NCBI GenBank assembly: GCA_017614895.1 | Contig: JAGAAZ010000055.1 | Span: 1,658-65,657, forward strand | Source: Bacteroidaceae bacterium | GTDB lineage: Bacteria; Bacteroidota; Bacteroidia; Bacteroidales; Bacteroidaceae | DNA: 64,000 nucleotides | Direction: 5' to 3' | Shown here: positions 62,709 to 64,000 of the stretch, piece after piece | How the letters are laid out: each line of letters begins with the position of its first letter | How positions within the stretch are numbered: position 1 is the first letter of the stretch | Program-made: the position numbers and the translations under genes | Notes under the pieces: model-generated | Databases searched by the model: none | What the model was told of the DNA's origin: nothing | Seen by the model: the letters and a program-made list of their open reading frames with translations, nothing else

Positions 62709-64000
62709 TCATCTATTGCTCTTGCCCGATGCCAGCAATCGCCATTCCCACACCCCTCTGATGCCCTTCGTGATCCTCACCCTCACATACCTATAGGCTT
62801 TCTTCACCTCATCCACATGGGGCGACTTTCGCTGCACATCAGAATGCCCCCCACAAGGCTCCCAATGTTGCCCGTCAGTCGAGCCTTCCAACACATAAGC
62901 ATGACCCTCTGTGGGACGCACGAAACAGAGCTCGCTCCTGCCAATCTTCATCTTCTTACCCAAATCAGCCACCAACCAACAGAGGGTGTCCGTTTCTGTT
63001 GCCATCCATCGCGAACCATTCTCCCCATCAGCGGCAAATGCTGCCACAAACTGCTCTGTGCGCTGGCATCTTTCATCCTGGTTATGTCTGATTTTCTTGG
63101 GCTCCATCGTGCTCGACGCCTTCATATCCACAGGCTTCAACTCTTTGGCACTCTTCACCTTACGAAGTGCCCCCACCCCGTCCAGCGTCACCTTCACCTG
63201 CTGGATGGTGCCATCCTCGTTGAAGTGCAACCTATTCACATACGTCTGCCTGTTGGTGCTCCTTCGACCAAACTCCAAGAAAGCGAAAAAGTAGTCATCA
63301 TCCACATTGAACACACAGCCGTGTCCAGGACCAAACACACCCGTCTCCACATTGGTGGTCGATACCAAATCATGGGCAGGAGTCTCGTATGGACCCATGG
63401 GCGACGTACGGCTCATCATGTAGTAATACTCATAGCGCTCATCGCCTCCGATGGTATAGAGATAATAATAGATGCCCTTCCTTTTGAAGAAGATAGGACC
63501 CTCCGAATACTCCTTCCGACGCGTCTCCAAAGTACGTTCCTCCGTCATCGTCATCATGTCGTCAGCCAACTTCGCCACATGACGACCTCCCCAGAACACA
63601 TACGCCTGTCCGTCATCATCCACAAACACCTCCGCATCAATGCCGCCACGATCCTCTCCCTGCCGCAATGTCGCCTCCCTCGCAAAAGGCTTGGTAAACT
63701 CATCCTTTCCCCTTGCCAATCGGAACGGACCCTCTGGACTGTCAGCCACACCCACATGCATGATGCCATTCACCGTCGGATAGATGTACCATCGTCCGTT
63801 CCGCTCCACCGCCTTGCTGGGTGCCCAATACTTCTCACCATCAGCCGAAGGGAAGCACACCCCCTCAAAACTCCAATGCACAAAATCCTTCGACTTCCAC
63901 ACCACAGGAGGTCCCGACGTGTCCAATCCCCTGCCATACCCATCCGTTGTGGCATAGCAATAAAAGGTGTCCCCCACCAGCTCAATACTGGCATCCGCAA
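62709..64000 (-). CDS. GH43 glycoside hydrolase with C-terminal discoidin/F5-8 type C (CBM32-like) domain, 5' end outside the window
   Basis: The frame stays open to position 64000 (..ADASIELVGDTFYCYATTDG contains the GH43 N-terminal Asp motif). EGPIFFKRKGIYYYLY carries the acid Glu. The C-terminal ~140 aa is discoidin-like (DGENGSRWMA...YVRVRI). Confidence 0.83.
   Translation of the reverse strand, partial: ADASIELVGDTFYCYATTDGYGRGLDTSGPPVVWKSKDFVHWSFEGVCFPSADGEKYWAPSKAVERNGRWYIYPTVNGIMHVGVADSPEGPFRLARGKDEFTKPFAREATLRQGEDRGGIDAEVFVDDDGQAYVFWGGRHVAKLADDMMTMTEERTLETRRKEYSEGPIFFKRKGIYYYLYTIGGDERYEYYYMMSRTSPMGPYETPAHDLVSTTNVETGVFGPGHGCVFNVDDDYFFAFLEFGRRSTNRQTYVNRLHFNEDGTIQQVKVTLDGVGALRKVKSAKELKPVDMKASSTMEPKKIRHNQDERCQRTEQFVAAFAADGENGSRWMATETDTLCWLVADLGKKMKIGRSELCFVRPTEGHAYVLEGSTDGQHWEPCGGHSDVQRKSPHVDEVKKAYRYVRVRITKGIRGVWEWRLLASGKSNR

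Noticed and set aside
63770-64000. The 76-codon minus-strand ORF at the window edge (MRMPVLSWWG...).
   Set aside because: It is an alternative frame of the GH43 gene, whose own frame stays open to position 64000 and carries the GH43 Asp motif.

Overview
A 64-kb chromosomal window from a Bacteroidota genome, most likely Prevotella/Segatella-like. Supporting signs: TAnnTTTG -7 promoter boxes 25-70 nt upstream of most first genes, many lipoproteins, T9SS-tailed glycanases and a hybrid two-component regulator. I call about 45 protein genes and 2 tRNAs (Lys-TTT, Pro-GGG). I saw no rRNA, CRISPR array, transposase or integrase. Content from left to right: (1) housekeeping genes: MIPS/ino1, a Dpm1-like GT2, a pyrC-like amidohydrolase, a stand-alone MetH activation domain, plsC, rsmI, an AI-2E permease. 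(2) A 1205-aa secreted protein of unknown function next to tRNA-Lys. (3) An exported DHH/DHHA2 phosphoesterase and a hypothetical gene with a long repeat-filled leader. (4) An ~18-kb hemicellulose (arabinoxylan-type) CAZyme locus with no SusC/SusD in view: CE1-like esterase, GH115, GH51, a GH98-like enzyme with a T9SS tail, a full-length GH59 (galactocerebrosidase homologue), two GH43 and an HTCS regulator. (5) A radical-SAM / DUF4130 / Vsr operon. (6) A porin / imelysin / di-haem operon facing a hemerythrin-LuxR fusion regulator. (7) tRNA-Pro and a cyclophilin. (8) A ~3.7-kb AT-rich accessory islet: BspA-type LRR lipoprotein, AbiH-like protein, ~510 nt without a convincing ORF, and a small ORF overlapping a retropepsin-like protease. 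(9) rluA-family, fabG, a TetR regulator, radA, a DUF3943-like gene, TamA/TamB, mdh and a truncated GH43. Best candidates for something new: the AT-rich AbiH/LRR/retropepsin islet, the rSAM-DUF4130-Vsr operon with no Dcm in view, the hemerythrin-LuxR regulator beside the imelysin operon, and a family of 7-8-nt tandem-word spacers at gene junctions, one copy of which sits in frame inside the HTCS gene. All family assignments come from motif recognition by eye. No database search or computation was run.
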